Below are positions 10,471 through 19,381 of a stretch of DNA of 64,000 bases, in pieces. The stretch's first letter is position 1; each line of letters begins with the position of its first letter. Below the pieces are notes generated by a model. It searched no databases, was not told the origin of the DNA, and saw only the letters and a program-made list of their open reading frames with translations. The stretch comes from an uncultured Sphingomonadales bacterium (GTDB lineage Bacteria > Pseudomonadota > Alphaproteobacteria > Sphingomonadales > CAKZYD01), in NCBI GenBank assembly GCA_964590595.1, contig CAZPXQ010000009.1:5536-69535 (forward strand), in the 5' to 3' direction. The translations under genes and the position numbers were made by a program.

Positions 10471-11448
10471 CTAACGATTGATGAACTGGTCGCTGATGCG
10501 GCATGCGGCGGGCCCCATCAACACAATGAACAAACAAGGCATGATGAACACAATCAGCGGCACGGTCATGATTGCGGGCAACCGCGCCGCCTTTTCTTCC
10601 GCCTTCATCATCCGCTCATTGCGAAATTCAGCCGACAATACCCGCAATGACGACGCCAGCGGCGTGCCATAGCGTTCGGTCTGGATCAGGGTGGTGACCA
10701 CCGACCGCACCCCCGGCAGGTCGACGCGAAAGGCCAGGTTTTCCAGTGCCTGCCGGCGTTCCTGCAAAAAGCCCAGTTCAATCGCCGTGAGGTGGAACTC
10801 ATCGCCCAGTTCTGGATAAGCGGAGCCCAACTCGCGGGTGACCCGGGTGAGGGCGGCATCCAGCGTTAAGCCTGCTTCGGCGCAAATGACCAAAAGGTCC
10901 AGCGCATCGGGCATACCCTTGCGAATTGCCGCCAAGCGTTTTTCAGTTTGGTTGCGGACAAAAATATCCGGCGACATCAAGCCAAATAAGCCGCTGCCGG
11001 AAATTGCGAACCACCCCTTTTGCGGTGTCAGGTCGAACAGGCCAAAGCCAAAAACCGCGACGGCGGTGAGAATGGGGAACAGGATTGGCAAACCAACCTT
11101 GCACACCGCGAACAATACAACCGCATCGCGTGAGCGCCAGCCAGCGCGGACCAGTTTTTCCTCGATCTTCTTGGTTTGCTCTGCCTGCATGATCTTGAGG
11201 CGGGTGAACAATTCGCGCAATTGATCGGTCTGGTTCTTGCGACGGATCGAGCTGGTGCGGCGACCCGACGCGACAAAGCCGGCGCGCAATTCATTGCGCC
11301 TGGCCTGCAATGCCTTGACCCGGCCGCGCATGGGGTCGCGCACGGTCAGCGCGCTGAGCGCCACGAACACCACCAAAAACGCCGCCACACCGGCAACGCC
11401 GGTGAACAGGTCCAAGCTGTTAATGCCGAATATCAGGCCGTCTTCCAT
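10471..11448 (-). CDS. tadC: Tad pilus inner-membrane platform protein TadC
   Basis: PDALDLLVICAEAGL, QTERYGTP, AEEKAARLP. Confidence 0.94.
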   Translation of the reverse strand: MEDGLIFGINSLDLFTGVAGVAAFLVVFVALSALTVRDPMRGRVKALQARRNELRAGFVASGRRTSSIRRKNQTDQLRELFTRLKIMQAEQTKKIEEKLVRAGWRSRDAVVLFAVCKVGLPILFPILTAVAVFGFGLFDLTPQKGWFAISGSGLFGLMSPDIFVRNQTEKRLAAIRKGMPDALDLLVICAEAGLTLDAALTRVTRELGSAYPELGDEFHLTAIELGFLQERRQALENLAFRVDLPGVRSVVTTLIQTERYGTPLASSLRVLSAEFRNERMMKAEEKAARLPAIMTVPLIVFIMPCLFIVLMGPAACRISDQFINR

Positions 11449-11454
11449 AATCCG

Positions 11455-12450
11455 TTAGACCTCGAAATTGATCATTTTGGCCATGATCAGCACACCAAAG
11501 CCCATCCATACCAAACCACCAATCCCGGCGATCATCGCCCGGGTATCGGTGAACATCATGCTGGCATAACTAAAGTTCAGCATCAGCAACATGCCGAACA
11601 TGATGAAGGGCAGGGCGCCAACGATATAGGCGCTGGCCTTGGCCTCTGAAGACATCGCCTTGATCTTGAGCTTGAGTTGCTGGCGCTTGCGCAAAATGTC
11701 GGAAAGATTACCCAGGGTTTCCGCGAGATTGCCGCCGGTCTCGCGTTGAATTGCCAGGGTGATCACAAAAAATTTGAAATCCGGCGTGTCGATGCGCTTG
11801 GCCATGTCCCACAGCGCGGTTTCCATGGTCTTACCCAATTTCACTTTGTCCGTGACTTGGCGAAACTCAACGCCGATAGGGTCGGCGAATTCGCGGCCAA
11901 CGGCTGCGATCGACTGATTGACCGGCAAGCCAGATTTGAGGCCGCGCACGATCAAGTCGATGGCGTCGGGAAACAGCTGGGTGAATTTTTTGATCCGGCC
12001 AGCGATCAAACGGCTGACCACGAAATGCGGCAGGCCGACGCCCATGACGATACCGATCAGCAGCGACAGCATGAACGGCGTGCCCAATACAAGCATGGCA
12101 ATGACGACGACGAAACTTGTGATGATCAAGCCGGTGGCGGCATAATGGGCGATGGTGATCGGCTTGCCGGTGGCCGCCAGGCGCCGCCGCAATTGCTCTG
12201 GCCGTGGCACCAGCCCGCGCAAAGCCGCGTCGACCGCGCTTTTCGGTTCCTCATCGGTGCGGATACGCAGTGCCCGGCTGCGGCCTTGTTGCTGACGGTC
12301 TTCGCTATAGCGATCGCGCATGCGTTCCAGTCGCCGTGCCAGCACCCGGCCGGCGCCATCGAACGCGCCAAAAGCGATCGCCAATCCCAACAGGATCAGC
12401 AACACCATGGCAAAAGCCAGTAGCGATAATATGGCAGGGTTCGCCATCAT
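11455..12450 (-). CDS. tadB: Tad pilus inner-membrane platform protein TadB
   Basis: FPDAIDLIVRGLKSGLP, IQRETGGNLAE, AMSSEAKASA. Confidence 0.94.
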   Translation of the reverse strand: MMANPAILSLLAFAMVLLILLGLAIAFGAFDGAGRVLARRLERMRDRYSEDRQQQGRSRALRIRTDEEPKSAVDAALRGLVPRPEQLRRRLAATGKPITIAHYAATGLIITSFVVVIAMLVLGTPFMLSLLIGIVMGVGLPHFVVSRLIAGRIKKFTQLFPDAIDLIVRGLKSGLPVNQSIAAVGREFADPIGVEFRQVTDKVKLGKTMETALWDMAKRIDTPDFKFFVITLAIQRETGGNLAETLGNLSDILRKRQQLKLKIKAMSSEAKASAYIVGALPFIMFGMLLMLNFSYASMMFTDTRAMIAGIGGLVWMGFGVLIMAKMINFEV

Positions 12451-14126
12451 CCCGACATTGCTTCCATCACAGCCCGTCCCAAACCGAAATATTCAGCTCT
12501 ATCATAGAAGTGAGGGCGCACTCCAGAACAGACAAATTCGCCTAAAAGTTTCCCATTCTCGTCTTCACCGGTGAATTGATAGTTAAACAAATCTTGCGTC
12601 GTGATGACATCGCCTTCCATGCCAACCACTTCGGTGATGTATTGCACGCGGCGGATACCGTCGCGCATGCGCGAGACTTGGACAATCATGTGCAAGGCAT
12701 CGGAGATTTGCGTGCGGATGGCCTTGGCCGGCAGGTTCATGCCCGCCATGTTCACCATGTTTTCAAGCCTGGTCAGCGCCTCGCGCGGGCGGTTGGCGTG
12801 GATGGTGCCAAGCGAACCATCATGACCCGTGTTCATGGCTTGCAGCATGTCGATCGCTTCCGAGCCACGAATTTCACCCAGGATGATACGGTCGGGGCGC
12901 ATGCGTAGGGCATTTTTCACCAGATCGCGCATGGTGATTTCGCCATGGCCTTCAAGATTTGGCGGCCGCGTTTCCAGACGCACCACATGCGGCTGTTGCA
13001 GCTGCAGTTCGGCGGCATCTTCAATCGTGACCGTGCGTTCGCCTTCGTCGATCATGCGGCTGATGGCATTGAGCATGGTCGTCTTGCCCGAGCCAGTGCC
13101 GCCTGAGATCAAAATATTGAGACGGCAGCGGCCAGCGATTTTCAGCACCCGGCACATGGCATCGCTGAGATTGCGGGTCTCGACCATCTTGTCGAGGGTG
13201 ATCTTTTTCTTTGCGAACTTACGGATCGAGATAGACGCGCCGTCAATCGCCAGCGGCGGGATGATGACGTTGACACGACTGCCGTCGGCCAGGCGTGCGT
13301 CGCAAATCGGCTGGCTTTCATCAACCCGACGGCCGACAGCGGTGACGATGCGGGTGGCGATATTCAGCAGATGTTGCTCGTCGCGGAACCGGACATCGGT
13401 CAACACCAGCTTGCCGCCGCGTTCCACCCAAACCTGATTGGCGCCATTGACCATGATGTCGGTGATGGACTCATCGGCCAGCAGTGGCTCTAAGGGGCCC
13501 AGCCCCAACATGTCGTTCAGCAGCAGCGAAACCAGGTCGCGCTGCTCCTTGGAATTGAGGCTGACCTTGTTCTTGACCAGCAATTCGCCGACGACATCGG
13601 AAATTTCCTCGGCCAATTCATGGCGCGCCAGTTCGGTAGCGGCAGAAGCGTCGATATGCTCAAGGAGCTGCGGATGAATCAGCTCCTTGGCGCTATTGAC
13701 CGTATCCGAGGACGCCTTTTCGAGATTTCGCTTCGCCTGATCCACCAGCGACAATGGATCGTCGCGCATCGCGCCGCCATGCAGCTCCATATAGGTGTTC
13801 AGCAGGCCGGTGCCCAATTCGCGGCGGTCGGCGTCGGTCAGTTCGATACCCTGGCCGGCAACGAATTCGGCGGCGCGGCTGTCCAGCAATTCCGCCAGTT
13901 CGGCCCGGCTCTTGGTGGCCGCCAGGTCGAGCGGCACCAGCTCCAGCAATTTGCCTTCCAACCGGTCGAACAGCTCATCGATGGTGGCGACATTGTCCTG
14001 ACTGCCGCCTTGCACTGGATTGGCATGCATGCCCGCATCGACCGGCCGCATGCCATTGCGCCCAAAACCGCCAAGCGGCTTGCGCGTCAATGTCGGGGTC
14101 GGTCGGCCAAATTTCGCGGGCTGCAT
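12447..14126 (-). CDS. cpaF: Tad pilus ATPase CpaF/TadA
   Basis: GLGPLEPLL, Walker A GGTGSGKT, TIEDAAEL, LRMRPDRIILGE, MNTGHDG. Confidence 0.96.
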   Translation of the reverse strand: MQPAKFGRPTPTLTRKPLGGFGRNGMRPVDAGMHANPVQGGSQDNVATIDELFDRLEGKLLELVPLDLAATKSRAELAELLDSRAAEFVAGQGIELTDADRRELGTGLLNTYMELHGGAMRDDPLSLVDQAKRNLEKASSDTVNSAKELIHPQLLEHIDASAATELARHELAEEISDVVGELLVKNKVSLNSKEQRDLVSLLLNDMLGLGPLEPLLADESITDIMVNGANQVWVERGGKLVLTDVRFRDEQHLLNIATRIVTAVGRRVDESQPICDARLADGSRVNVIIPPLAIDGASISIRKFAKKKITLDKMVETRNLSDAMCRVLKIAGRCRLNILISGGTGSGKTTMLNAISRMIDEGERTVTIEDAAELQLQQPHVVRLETRPPNLEGHGEITMRDLVKNALRMRPDRIILGEIRGSEAIDMLQAMNTGHDGSLGTIHANRPREALTRLENMVNMAGMNLPAKAIRTQISDALHMIVQVSRMRDGIRRVQYITEVVGMEGDVITTQDLFNYQFTGEDENGKLLGEFVCSGVRPHFYDRAEYFGLGRAVMEAMSG

Positions 14127-14134
14127 GGCCTAGC

Positions 14135-15394
14135 CTATTTGGCGCCCGCTTTGGGCGTCCTTTTCACCAGAGCCGTAATCTTGTCGATGAGTTTGACCCG
14201 TTCGGACGCGTTGGGCACACCGCCAATGCGCTGTGTCAACGCGCGCAATTGCGCGCTCAGCTTGGCCGACTTGGCGATTTCCGGCACCGCCGTGCCCTTC
14301 TTCGCAGCCGCCACCGCGGTCTTAACATCCAGCGGCAGGAACAAATCGATATTGCGCTCGACCGAGCTTTCGAAATCCTTGCGGGTCAGCTCCAATGTGG
14401 TGCTGTTGCTGTGTTTGTTGACAACCAAGTGGACGCGGGCTTGCGGCGCGTTTTCCTTCAAGAATGCCAACAGGCGGATGGTGTCGCGGGCAGACGCTAG
14501 CGACAGGTCGGCGACGATCACGACATCAGTGAGTTGACTGGCCAGAAATGCCTGCGTTGGCAGTACTGCCCGTGGCCAATCGATGATCACCACTTCATAG
14601 CTGGATTTCAGTTCGCCTTGCAAATGACCCAAAGCTGATGGATCCGGGATCATCGGACTGTTGATCGGCGCTTCAGCGCCCAGAATTGCAAGCTTGTCGC
14701 TTTCCTTGATGGTCGCGCGTTCCAGGAACAGGCTGTCGACGCGGCCCGGATTTTCCAGGGCATCGACCAAGCCGCGACCCGGTTCCAGGTCGAAGGCCAG
14801 CGAATCGGTGCCGAAATGGACGTCCAGATCCAACAGCGCGACTTTTTTGTTCATCTCATGCGCGGCGATCCAGGCACAGGCCGTGGCCACCGTGCTGGCG
14901 CCAACGCCGCCGCGCACGCCAATGACCGCGCACATATGCTCTTGCGCTTCTTCGTCTTGCGGCGTGACGGTGGGTTGGCTGAGCAGCAGTTCGGCATGGG
15001 CGATGGCATCGCGGATCGTGTCTTCGCTGACCGGCTTGACGAGATAATCCTGGATTCCCGAAGCCAGCAGGTCGCGATAGAAATTGACGTCATTGACGGT
15101 GCCTAGGGCCAGCACAATGGTGCCTGGCTCAACGACCTCAGCCAAGGCGTTGATGTCGCCGCGTGGGCTTTCGGATTCGGATAAATCGATAATCAAGAAC
15201 AAAGGCGACGACGAAACCGCCAAGGCTCGGACCGCGCCGTCAATGCCACCCAAAACCACCCGGTCCTCGCCCCAATTGCGTTCGGAGATGACCGCTTGGA
15301 TGGTTTTGGCGGTCGCTTCGTCGCTCACATAGGCGCCAAACGGATCACGCCCGGCCAGATCGGGTGATTTCATCGCTAAAGACGGTGCATTCAT
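14135..15394 (-). CDS. cpaE: Pilus assembly protein CpaE/TadZ
   Basis: Receiver-like N-terminus (DYLVKP) plus deviant Walker A GVRGGVGAST, LLDLD. Confidence 0.92.
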   Translation of the reverse strand: MNAPSLAMKSPDLAGRDPFGAYVSDEATAKTIQAVISERNWGEDRVVLGGIDGAVRALAVSSSPLFLIIDLSESESPRGDINALAEVVEPGTIVLALGTVNDVNFYRDLLASGIQDYLVKPVSEDTIRDAIAHAELLLSQPTVTPQDEEAQEHMCAVIGVRGGVGASTVATACAWIAAHEMNKKVALLDLDVHFGTDSLAFDLEPGRGLVDALENPGRVDSLFLERATIKESDKLAILGAEAPINSPMIPDPSALGHLQGELKSSYEVVIIDWPRAVLPTQAFLASQLTDVVIVADLSLASARDTIRLLAFLKENAPQARVHLVVNKHSNSTTLELTRKDFESSVERNIDLFLPLDVKTAVAAAKKGTAVPEIAKSAKLSAQLRALTQRIGGVPNASERVKLIDKITALVKRTPKAGAK

Positions 15395-15418
15395 GTTCTG
15401 TCTTCCCGCCACTCAGTT

Positions 15419-16111
15419 TCAGTTACCGCCGCCGCCGCCGCCGCCAGGTCCGCCGGTGGCGCTTTCGAGCGGCGCATTGCCGGTGCCCGCGCTATTGCGG
15501 AAAGTGTCAACCGCTTGGGTCGCTTTTGGTGCATAGGGACCAGCATAGCTGCCGCCGCCGACCAGTTCGGCGGGGTCGGCGATCATCGCGCCCAGATTGG
15601 TGGCTTCAGCACAGCCAAAATTGCTGCTTTGACCATTGTGCCAATTATTGATCGAGGCTTGGCTCCAGTTCGGACAGCCTGGGCTGGTCACCGTATGCCG
15701 GGTGACCACCAGGCGAACATGGCCGGCGGCGGGCGCAACGCCAATCACCGCCGCGCCATCGGATAATTTTAGTCCATATTGCCGCAGCGCCTGTTGCACG
15801 GCCTGGCGGTGCTGCGGTGTTGTATCGCTGGTCATGCCTACGTCCAATTGCAGCACATCGCCATAGCCGACACCGCTCGCCGACAGGAAAGCCGACAACC
15901 GTTCGGCTTCGCCAGCGGCCAAGGCGCCGTCGATGAAGCGCACATCATGGGTCAAATGTACGATATCGACTTCATTGCGCTTCATTGGCGCAACGCCTTC
16001 ATATTGCGCCCGTTGCGGCAGACAGCCCGACAAAGCCATGGCCGCCAGCGCCAGCGTCACGCAAGCGACAAATGTGGGACGGCGAGGGGCTGTTTTCGTT
16101 TCATATGCCAT
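15419..16111 (-). CDS. cpaD: Pilus assembly lipoprotein CpaD
   Basis: Lipobox LSGC; CPNW and NFGCA...NLGAMIADPAEL motifs. Confidence 0.9.
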   Translation of the reverse strand: MAYETKTAPRRPTFVACVTLALAAMALSGCLPQRAQYEGVAPMKRNEVDIVHLTHDVRFIDGALAAGEAERLSAFLSASGVGYGDVLQLDVGMTSDTTPQHRQAVQQALRQYGLKLSDGAAVIGVAPAAGHVRLVVTRHTVTSPGCPNWSQASINNWHNGQSSNFGCAEATNLGAMIADPAELVGGGSYAGPYAPKATQAVDTFRNSAGTGNAPLESATGGPGGGGGGGN

Positions 16112-16132
16112 GCTGCTATTCCCTTAATCGCC

Positions 16133-17632
16133 CTAATTGGCCAAGCTGAAGCCGACCGGACCGGCAACGCTGGAGTCGGGTGTGTCGGCCAATGGCTTTG
16201 GCGCGCTGGCAGGTTGCGGCCGGAAGGTTTCGCCGCGCAAATAACGGTCCATGTCGGTCGGATTGACCTTGCCGTCCAGCGGCGTCGCCAATTTACGCAA
16301 TTCGGTCGGCTTAACCAAATAGGGGGTGACGATAATCACCAGCTCGGTTTCCTGATTGCGGAAGCGGTCGGATTTGAACAGTGCGCCGATGATCGGCAGA
16401 TTGCCCAAACCCGGCAGCTTGCGCACATTCTGGGTGACGTTGTTTTGCAGCAATCCGGCAATCGCGAAGCTTTGCCCGCTGCCCAGCTCAACTGTGGTTT
16501 CCGCCCGCCGAGTGGTTAGCGCCGGTACCGAAATGCCGTTGACCGCGATCGCGCCGTCTGGTGACAATTGGCTGACTTCCGGGCGTACGCGCAAGCTGAT
16601 CCGGTCCTTGCCCATCACCGTTGGAGTGAAGGCCAGCCCGACGCCGAATTCCTTGAACTCCACCACCAGCCGGTCTTCATCCGGGATCGGGATGGGAAAC
16701 TCACCGCCGGCCAGGAAGGTCGCGGTTTCGCCGGAAATGGCGGTCAGGTTGGGTTCGGCCAGGATCGAGACAAAGCCTTCGCTTTCCAATGCGTCCAGTG
16801 CCGCGCTGATATCGAAATTGCCGGACGTGATGCTGCCGACGATGGTGTCGGCGCCGCCGCCCAAAACATCGAACTGGCGAATCAATGGCGGCACCGTGCC
16901 TGGGATGACGCCGGGCAGGCTGGCTGCCGGATTGGGCACGAGGTCAAACACATTGCGCGAGGTAAACAGACCAACGGATGCATCGGCGCCCGACCAGAAA
17001 CCTTCCCAGGCGACGCCCAGTGTCTTCAAAGTATCGCGGCTGACCTCGACGAATTTGACCCGCAGATTGACCTGGGTTGGCGTGGCGATCTGCAGCCGAT
17101 TGACCACTTCCTGTTCCGCGCCGACCAGGGTTTGGGTCATGCGCACCAATTCCTCGGCCTGCTCCGGCTTGTCGACATGGCCGCTCAATACCACCATGCC
17201 GCTCAAGAACGCCGCGCGCACGTCATGGTCAGGAGCGATCATCCGCAACATGCTGTCGATCTGGCTCATATTCTGAGCCACCGCGATATTGGCCGAAAAC
17301 ACCACATTGTCGTCGGCGCCCACGGCATAAAGCGTGGTTTCGCCCTGGGCGGTGCCAAACACATAAATCAGTGTCGGCGATTTGATCTGCACATCGGCGA
17401 TTTCGGGATTGGCGATGAAAATATTGTTGGCTGGGCGGTCCAGCTTGATCAAGGTGCCGCGGTTGACGCCCAGGCTCAAGACCCGCTCCGCCGGTTGAAT
17501 GATCGACGCGGCTTTTGCCGTTGTCGTTTCAAACGGCGTCAGCGTCGCTGCCATCAAACCGGCACTGGCAACGCACAGGCCAAGCCCGGCGCGGGCCAGC
17601 TGAGCGCGAATACGGGATGCGTGCGTGATCAT
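16133..17632 (-). CDS. cpaC: Tad secretin CpaC/RcpA
   Basis: LAEPNLTAISGETATFLAGGEFPIP, LPGLGNLPIIGALFKS, ELVIIVTPYLV. Confidence 0.95.
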   Translation of the reverse strand: MITHASRIRAQLARAGLGLCVASAGLMAATLTPFETTTAKAASIIQPAERVLSLGVNRGTLIKLDRPANNIFIANPEIADVQIKSPTLIYVFGTAQGETTLYAVGADDNVVFSANIAVAQNMSQIDSMLRMIAPDHDVRAAFLSGMVVLSGHVDKPEQAEELVRMTQTLVGAEQEVVNRLQIATPTQVNLRVKFVEVSRDTLKTLGVAWEGFWSGADASVGLFTSRNVFDLVPNPAASLPGVIPGTVPPLIRQFDVLGGGADTIVGSITSGNFDISAALDALESEGFVSILAEPNLTAISGETATFLAGGEFPIPIPDEDRLVVEFKEFGVGLAFTPTVMGKDRISLRVRPEVSQLSPDGAIAVNGISVPALTTRRAETTVELGSGQSFAIAGLLQNNVTQNVRKLPGLGNLPIIGALFKSDRFRNQETELVIIVTPYLVKPTELRKLATPLDGKVNPTDMDRYLRGETFRPQPASAPKPLADTPDSSVAGPVGFSLAN

Positions 17633-18489
17633 TCTTGGGGTCCCCCGAATTCAACCGCGGCATTTTCGGCGCCGCGTGAGACGGTCAGGCTGCCGCCGAC
17701 CTTGGGCAAAAGCGCGCTGACATCCGCGTCCCAGGTATAAGAAGGGGCAGCGGTATCGAATTTTGGATTGAGCGATGGACCTTCGACGCCATCCTCACCA
17801 TCTTGTGCAAGGCTGCGCAGGCTTAGGGACAATGTGCCAAGCTGCCGCAACAGCGTGATTTTCTCGACAATCTTGGGCGTAACTTCCAAGGTCACCGTAT
17901 TGCTGATGCGGGGCTTGCTGGTTTGATCGTCGGTGCTTTGATCGACCGCCAAAATACGGACATTGCGCAGCACGGTTTCGCTGACCTGGCGCGGCGCGCC
18001 GCCTGCGATCTTGATTTCATGAGTCAAGATCAAGTCAACCCGGTCACCAGGAAAAATAAACCCGGCGATGCCCGAGGTTTGGTTGACTGGCACCGTCACC
18101 GCGCGCATGCCAGGGCTGAGCACGGCGGCCAGAAAGCCTTGTTCGCCCGGGCCCACCACCTTGTCGGCAACCATCGGTTCGCCCGTGGCAATGCTGTGCC
18201 GGACCACTTGTCCGACCAGGGTTTCGATCTGAGCTTCGGGCTTGCGGAAATAACTTTCGTTCAAGGCTTCCTCGGGCCAGGCTTGCCACGCCAGATCGAC
18301 CGCCTCGATCAAGCGGCCGACCGGCAAGGGCTTGGCCGCGACCAGAATTTCATGCATGTTCCGGCTTTGCTCCGGTTGCACGATGCGGGCTTCCGCCGGT
18401 TGCTCGCGCACCATCGAGCGGGCCATGATCGCGGCAATGCCAGCGACCACCAGCGCGATGGCGATCAAGATGATGCTGCGCGTATTCAT
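17629..18489 (-). CDS. cpaB: Flp pilus assembly protein CpaB/RcpC
   Basis: SAF domain, PGMRAVTV, AGFIFPGDRVDLIL, VRILAVDQ. Confidence 0.93.
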   Translation of the reverse strand: MNTRSIILIAIALVVAGIAAIMARSMVREQPAEARIVQPEQSRNMHEILVAAKPLPVGRLIEAVDLAWQAWPEEALNESYFRKPEAQIETLVGQVVRHSIATGEPMVADKVVGPGEQGFLAAVLSPGMRAVTVPVNQTSGIAGFIFPGDRVDLILTHEIKIAGGAPRQVSETVLRNVRILAVDQSTDDQTSKPRISNTVTLEVTPKIVEKITLLRQLGTLSLSLRSLAQDGEDGVEGPSLNPKFDTAAPSYTWDADVSALLPKVGGSLTVSRGAENAAVEFGGPQE

Positions 18490-18520
18490 CCAGGTGACTC
18501 CATTTCCAACCGTGCCGCTA

Positions 18521-19018
18521 CTATTGCGCCAAAGCGTTAAGAATGAGTTGGCCGGCGACATAAAGCCCGCCGCCGGCTATCGCCACGCCATAAGGCACGG
18601 GTGCGCGCAGTATTGCGCGGGCGCCGCCGTCGCGCACAAACAACAACTGCCGCATCAACACCAGCGCGGCCACCAGTCCGCCGCCAAGAGCAACGATCAT
18701 CAGGAACATCGGCAGCAGCGCGAAGCCGGCCCAGGGAGCTAAAACCATCATCAACTTCAAATCGCCGCCGCCCATGATGCCGGTCTGAAACACCAGCAGC
18801 GCCAGGACGAATGCCCCAGCCAACAAGGCCGGTCCTTCCCACCAAGGCGCTGCGTTCAGCCCCAAAAAGTGCAAACAAACGGCGTGGGCGGGATAAAGCG
18901 CCAATATTGTCAGCACCAGCCAATTGGGGATGCGCAAATAGCGCACGTCGCCCACTGCCGCCAGCAGCAGCAAGCCGGCCATTGCGGCCACAATTGCCAG
19001 TTCCAGCACTAGAACCAC
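18521..19018 (-). CDS. cpaA: Prepilin peptidase CpaA/TadV (A24)
   Basis: D...RIPNWL, MGGGDLKL, VPYGVAI; GTG start chosen from upstream GGAAGG. Confidence 0.9.
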   Translation of the reverse strand: MVLVLELAIVAAMAGLLLLAAVGDVRYLRIPNWLVLTILALYPAHAVCLHFLGLNAAPWWEGPALLAGAFVLALLVFQTGIMGGGDLKLMMVLAPWAGFALLPMFLMIVALGGGLVAALVLMRQLLFVRDGGARAILRAPVPYGVAIAGGGLYVAGQLILNALAQ

Positions 19019-19154
19019 TTTGCACCTTCCGTATTTGGGCCGTATTTGGGCCGTGCTGCGCCATGCCAACAACGCCGCCAGCCGCGTCGCCCGGTTGTGG
19101 CCATGCGATTTGGCCAATTTTTACCATTGATCGGAAAGAATTAGCCAAGGGGTC

Positions 19155-19169
19155 TTAAGAACTGGTAAA
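19155..19169. promoter_or_regulatory. CtrA-like box (TTAA-N7-TAAA)
   Basis: TTAAGAACTGGTAAA, one mismatch to TTAA-N7-TTAA, in the AT-rich Tad divergent promoter region. Confidence 0.4.
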
Positions 19170-19304
19170 ATGATGTTTTTTTATAGGTACTTAATTCTAC
19201 TAAACACTGCTGTGAAGTCGTCTAAAATTTTAAATAAATTCTTCGGCGGCTGCGCCTAAAAATAGAAAAAACAATATTAATTAGCATCATTTCGTATAGG
19301 CCTT

Positions 19305-19321
19305 GTTAACAACCTGTTTAC
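19305..19321. promoter_or_regulatory. CtrA-like box
   Basis: GTTAACAACCTGTTTAC (reverse reads TAAA-N7-TTAAC), 60 nt upstream of the tadG-like gene. Confidence 0.5.
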
Positions 19322-19381
19322 GGCCACAGGCGCAATAATGCCCGCTGATTTCGCTCATTTGCTTCCAGGAGGAACAGGGGC

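Noticed and set aside
19053..19069. Sigma-54 promoter for the cpa operon (minus strand TGGCATGGCGCAGC)
   Set aside because: GG-GC spacing is 9 rather than 10 nt.
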